Origin: Macrostomum hystrix
Lineage: Eukaryota; Animalia; Platyhelminthes
NCBI GenBank assembly: GCA_950097015.1
Contig: CATNEN010000038.1
Coordinates: forward strand, 20,460,001-20,524,000
Direction: 5' to 3'
Length of the DNA stretch: 64,000 bases
Below, piece after piece: positions 61,011 through 64,000 of the stretch. How positions within the stretch are numbered: position 1 is the stretch's first letter; each line of letters starts with the position of its first letter. The notes beneath the pieces are model-generated. The model had not been told where the DNA came from. It ran no database searches and saw nothing but the letters and a program-made list of their open reading frames with translations. Position numbers and translations under genes: made by a program.

Positions 61011-63132
61011 ATGAGACACAGGAGAGATAAGACACAGGAGAGATGAGACGAGGCATGGCAGAGATGAGACACGGGAGAGATGAGACACAGGAGAGATAAG
61101 ACACAGGAAAGATGAGACACAGGAGAGATAAGACACAGGAGAGATGAGACACAGGAGAGATAAGACACAAGAGAGATGAAACACAGGAGAGATAAGACAC
61201 AGGAGAGATGAGACACAGGAGAGATAAGACACAGGAGAGATGAGACACAGGAGAGATAAGACACGGGAGAGATGAGACACAGGAGAGATGAGACACGGGA
61301 GAGATGAGACACAGGAGAGAAAAGACACAGGAGAGATGAAACACAGGAGAGATAAGACACAGGAGAGATGAGACACAGGAGAGATAAGACACATGAGAGA
61401 TGAGACACAGGAGAGATAAGACACAGGAGAGATGAGACGACACATGGCAGAGATGAGACACGGGAGAGATGAGACACAGGAGAGATGAGACACGGGAGAG
61501 ATGAGACACAGGAGAGATGAGACACGGGAGAGATGAGACACAGGAGAGATAAGACACAGGAGAGATGAGACGACACATGGCAGAGATGAGACACGGGAGA
61601 GATGAGACACAGGAGAGATGAGACACGGGAGAGATGAGACACAGGAGAGATGAGACACGGGAGAGATGAGACACGGGAGAGATGAGACACGGGAGAGATG
61701 AGACACAGGAGAGATAAGACACAGGAGAGATGAGACACAGGAGAGATAAGACACAGGAGAGATGAGACACAGGAGAGATAAGACACAAGAGAGATGAAAC
61801 ACAGGAGAGATAAGACACAGGAGAGATGAGACACAGGAGAGATAAGACACAGGAGAGATGAGACACAGGAGAGATAAGACACAGGAGAGATGAGACGAGA
61901 CATGGCAGAGATGAGACACGGGAGAGATGAGACACGGGAGAGATGAGACACAGGAGAGATAAGACACAGGAGAGATGAGACGACACATGGCAGAGATGAG
62001 ACACGGGAGAGATGAGACACAGGAGAGATGAGACACGGGAGAGATGAGACACAGGAGAGATGAGACACGGGAGAGATGAGACACGGGAGAGATGAGACAC
62101 GGGAGAGATGAGACACAGGAGAGATAAGACACAGGAGAGATGAGACACAGGAGAGATAAGACACAGGAGAGATGAGACACAGGAGAGATAAGACACAAGA
62201 GAGATGAAACACAGGAGAGATAAGACACAGGAGAGATGAGACACAGGAGAGATAAGACACAGGAGAGATGAGACACAGGAGAGATAAGACACAGGAGAGA
62301 TGAGACGAGACATGGCAGAGATGAGACACGGGAGAGATGAGACACAGGAGAGATGAGACACGGGAGAGATGAGACACGGGAGAGATGAGACACAGGAGAG
62401 ATAAGACACAGGAGAGATGAGACACAGGAGAGATGAGACGACACATGGCAGAGATGAGACACGGGAGAGATGAGACACAGGAGAGATAAGACACATGAGA
62501 GATGAGACACAGGAGAGATGAGACGACACATGGCAGAGATGAGACACGGGAGAGATGAGACACAGGAGAGATGAGACACGGGAGAGATGAGACACAGGAG
62601 AGATGAGACACGGGAGAGATGAGACACGGGAGAGATGAGACACGGGAGAGATGAGACACAGGAGAGATAAGACACAGGAGAGATGAGACACAGGAGAGAT
62701 AAGACACAGGAGAGATGAGACACAGGAGAGATAAGACACAAGAGAGATGAAACACAGGAGAGATAAGACACAGGAGAGATGAGACACAGGAGAGATAAGA
62801 CACAGGAGAGATGAGACACAGGAGAGATAAGACACAGGAGAGATGAGACACAGGAGAGATAAGACACAGGAGAGATGAGACGAGACATGGCAGAGATGAG
62901 ACACGGGAGAGATGAGACACAGGAGAGATGAGACGCAGGAGAGATGAGACACAGGAGAGATGAGACACGGGAGAGATGAGACACGGGAGAGATGAGACAC
63001 GGGAGAGATGAGACACAGGAGAGATGAGACACGGGAGAGATAAGACACAGGATAGATAAGACACAGGAGAGATGAGACGAGACATGGCAGAGATGAGACA
63101 CGGGAGAGACGAGACCGAGGGGAGATGAGACA
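61011..63132 (-). repeat. GTCTC-family 17-bp satellite (GAGACACAGGAGAGAT[G/A]A) with higher-order blocks
   Basis: More than 120 units; recurring marker unit GACGACACATGGCAGAG. Confidence 0.96.
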
Positions 63133-64000
63133 GGATACTGTGGGAATTTTTTACTTTTTTTCTTTTAATTTTATCCTACAGCAGGGGAATTCTAATCTAT
63201 TTGCTGATCTGATCTCTATGCTTATACGAGTAGGCTAATATCAGCCTATAGGCATCCTATAGGCACCCTTGTAGGTATTCGGGTTAACCACATTTGCGTT
63301 AGTTATAAAGTATAAGACATTTATTAAGTAGTTTTTTCATTTTAGCTAGAAAGTAATTTGCACTTTATAGATATACCCACTGGCCTAGCAACCGTAGTCA
63401 ACTAAAAAACCCTCGCAGTATCAAGGTGAGTGCAAGGTGAGTCCAATCAATCTATTGTGCCATTTATTAGTTAGAGAATGCAGTGTGCGTGCAGCACTCA
63501 TGGCTGCACACATTAACGTCAGAGATGCACTGACACCCTCTCTCTCTTAATCTATATTGCCATTTGCAGATTAAGCTCCGCACTAAGAAGGTCATGAGCA
63601 TGAGAAAGCATGAGAAATCTAGTTTGAATGAACAGGAAAGTGATCGTGTGAGGCTGGCCAGAAAGTTCTCAACTGTGAAGCAGACTTTTTCTTCTAGAAG
63701 AAAATAACTGAAAGTGTTGTTGGGAAGGCTGCAAGACTCAAAAGGCCAATGGGAGTGGGATCTCAAGAAACTGCAGTCATGGTTGCTATGACAACAACAT
63801 TGCTGACAGCACAGTATGCTACTGCTCACGTGAAAGTTGTTTCAATTGATCATCAGAAAGAAAAGATTGCCCCAACACTGAATAGAACTGAATTTAAATT
63901 GCGCTTCTAAGTCTACAAAAGTGGGTCCATTCTCAAATAAGGGCCGAAATAGATTATCAATCCATTCTATTCCTACATCAATTGGATAGATTAGCAATCC

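Noticed and set aside
60905-63101. 700-aa ORFs (SHLSCVSSLLCLISP), and similar ORFs at 14.5, 23.2, 24.9 and 45.9 kb
   Set aside because: All three frames of a satellite are open because the unit lacks stops on that strand; no domain content or gene structure.
63467-63829. 120-aa Cys-rich ORF
   Set aside because: No recognisable motif and composition like the surrounding non-coding DNA; it cannot be evaluated at the window edge.

Overview
Repeat-rich eukaryotic (metazoan) genomic DNA with spliceosomal introns. A 32-nt intron, polyQ/polyA-rich GC-rich exons and very dense minisatellites suggest a free-living flatworm such as Macrostomum; this is inference only. Seven host genes can be supported: an SLMAP-like FHA/tail-anchor protein, intronless UBE2F, a C1orf87-like EF-hand protein (-), an SLC15/PTR2 peptide transporter, a PTB-like polyQ protein (-), an SLC46-like MFS transporter and an uncharacterised protein (-). 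Mobile DNA comprises a frameshifted P-element/THAP9 transposon with TIRs and a 7-bp TSD, an internally deleted Helitron with both termini, two tRNA-derived SINE families, a third dispersed repeat and an LTR-like segment. About 25 minisatellite arrays explain most long low-complexity ORFs in the track, which are not genes. Most notable: (i) a 74-bp x8 array in which each unit is an in-frame 33-nt AG/GT-bounded candidate micro-exon plus a 41-nt intron; (ii) an array amplified from a splice donor; (iii) an inverted copy of the THAP coding region beside the P element; (iv) a structured SINE 3' domain containing the HDV-ribozyme P3/L3 sequence; (v) a small motif vocabulary (GTCTC, WGATAR, CGATTCT) shared by unrelated arrays. 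Array boundaries are approximate and all family assignments come from motif recognition, not database searches.
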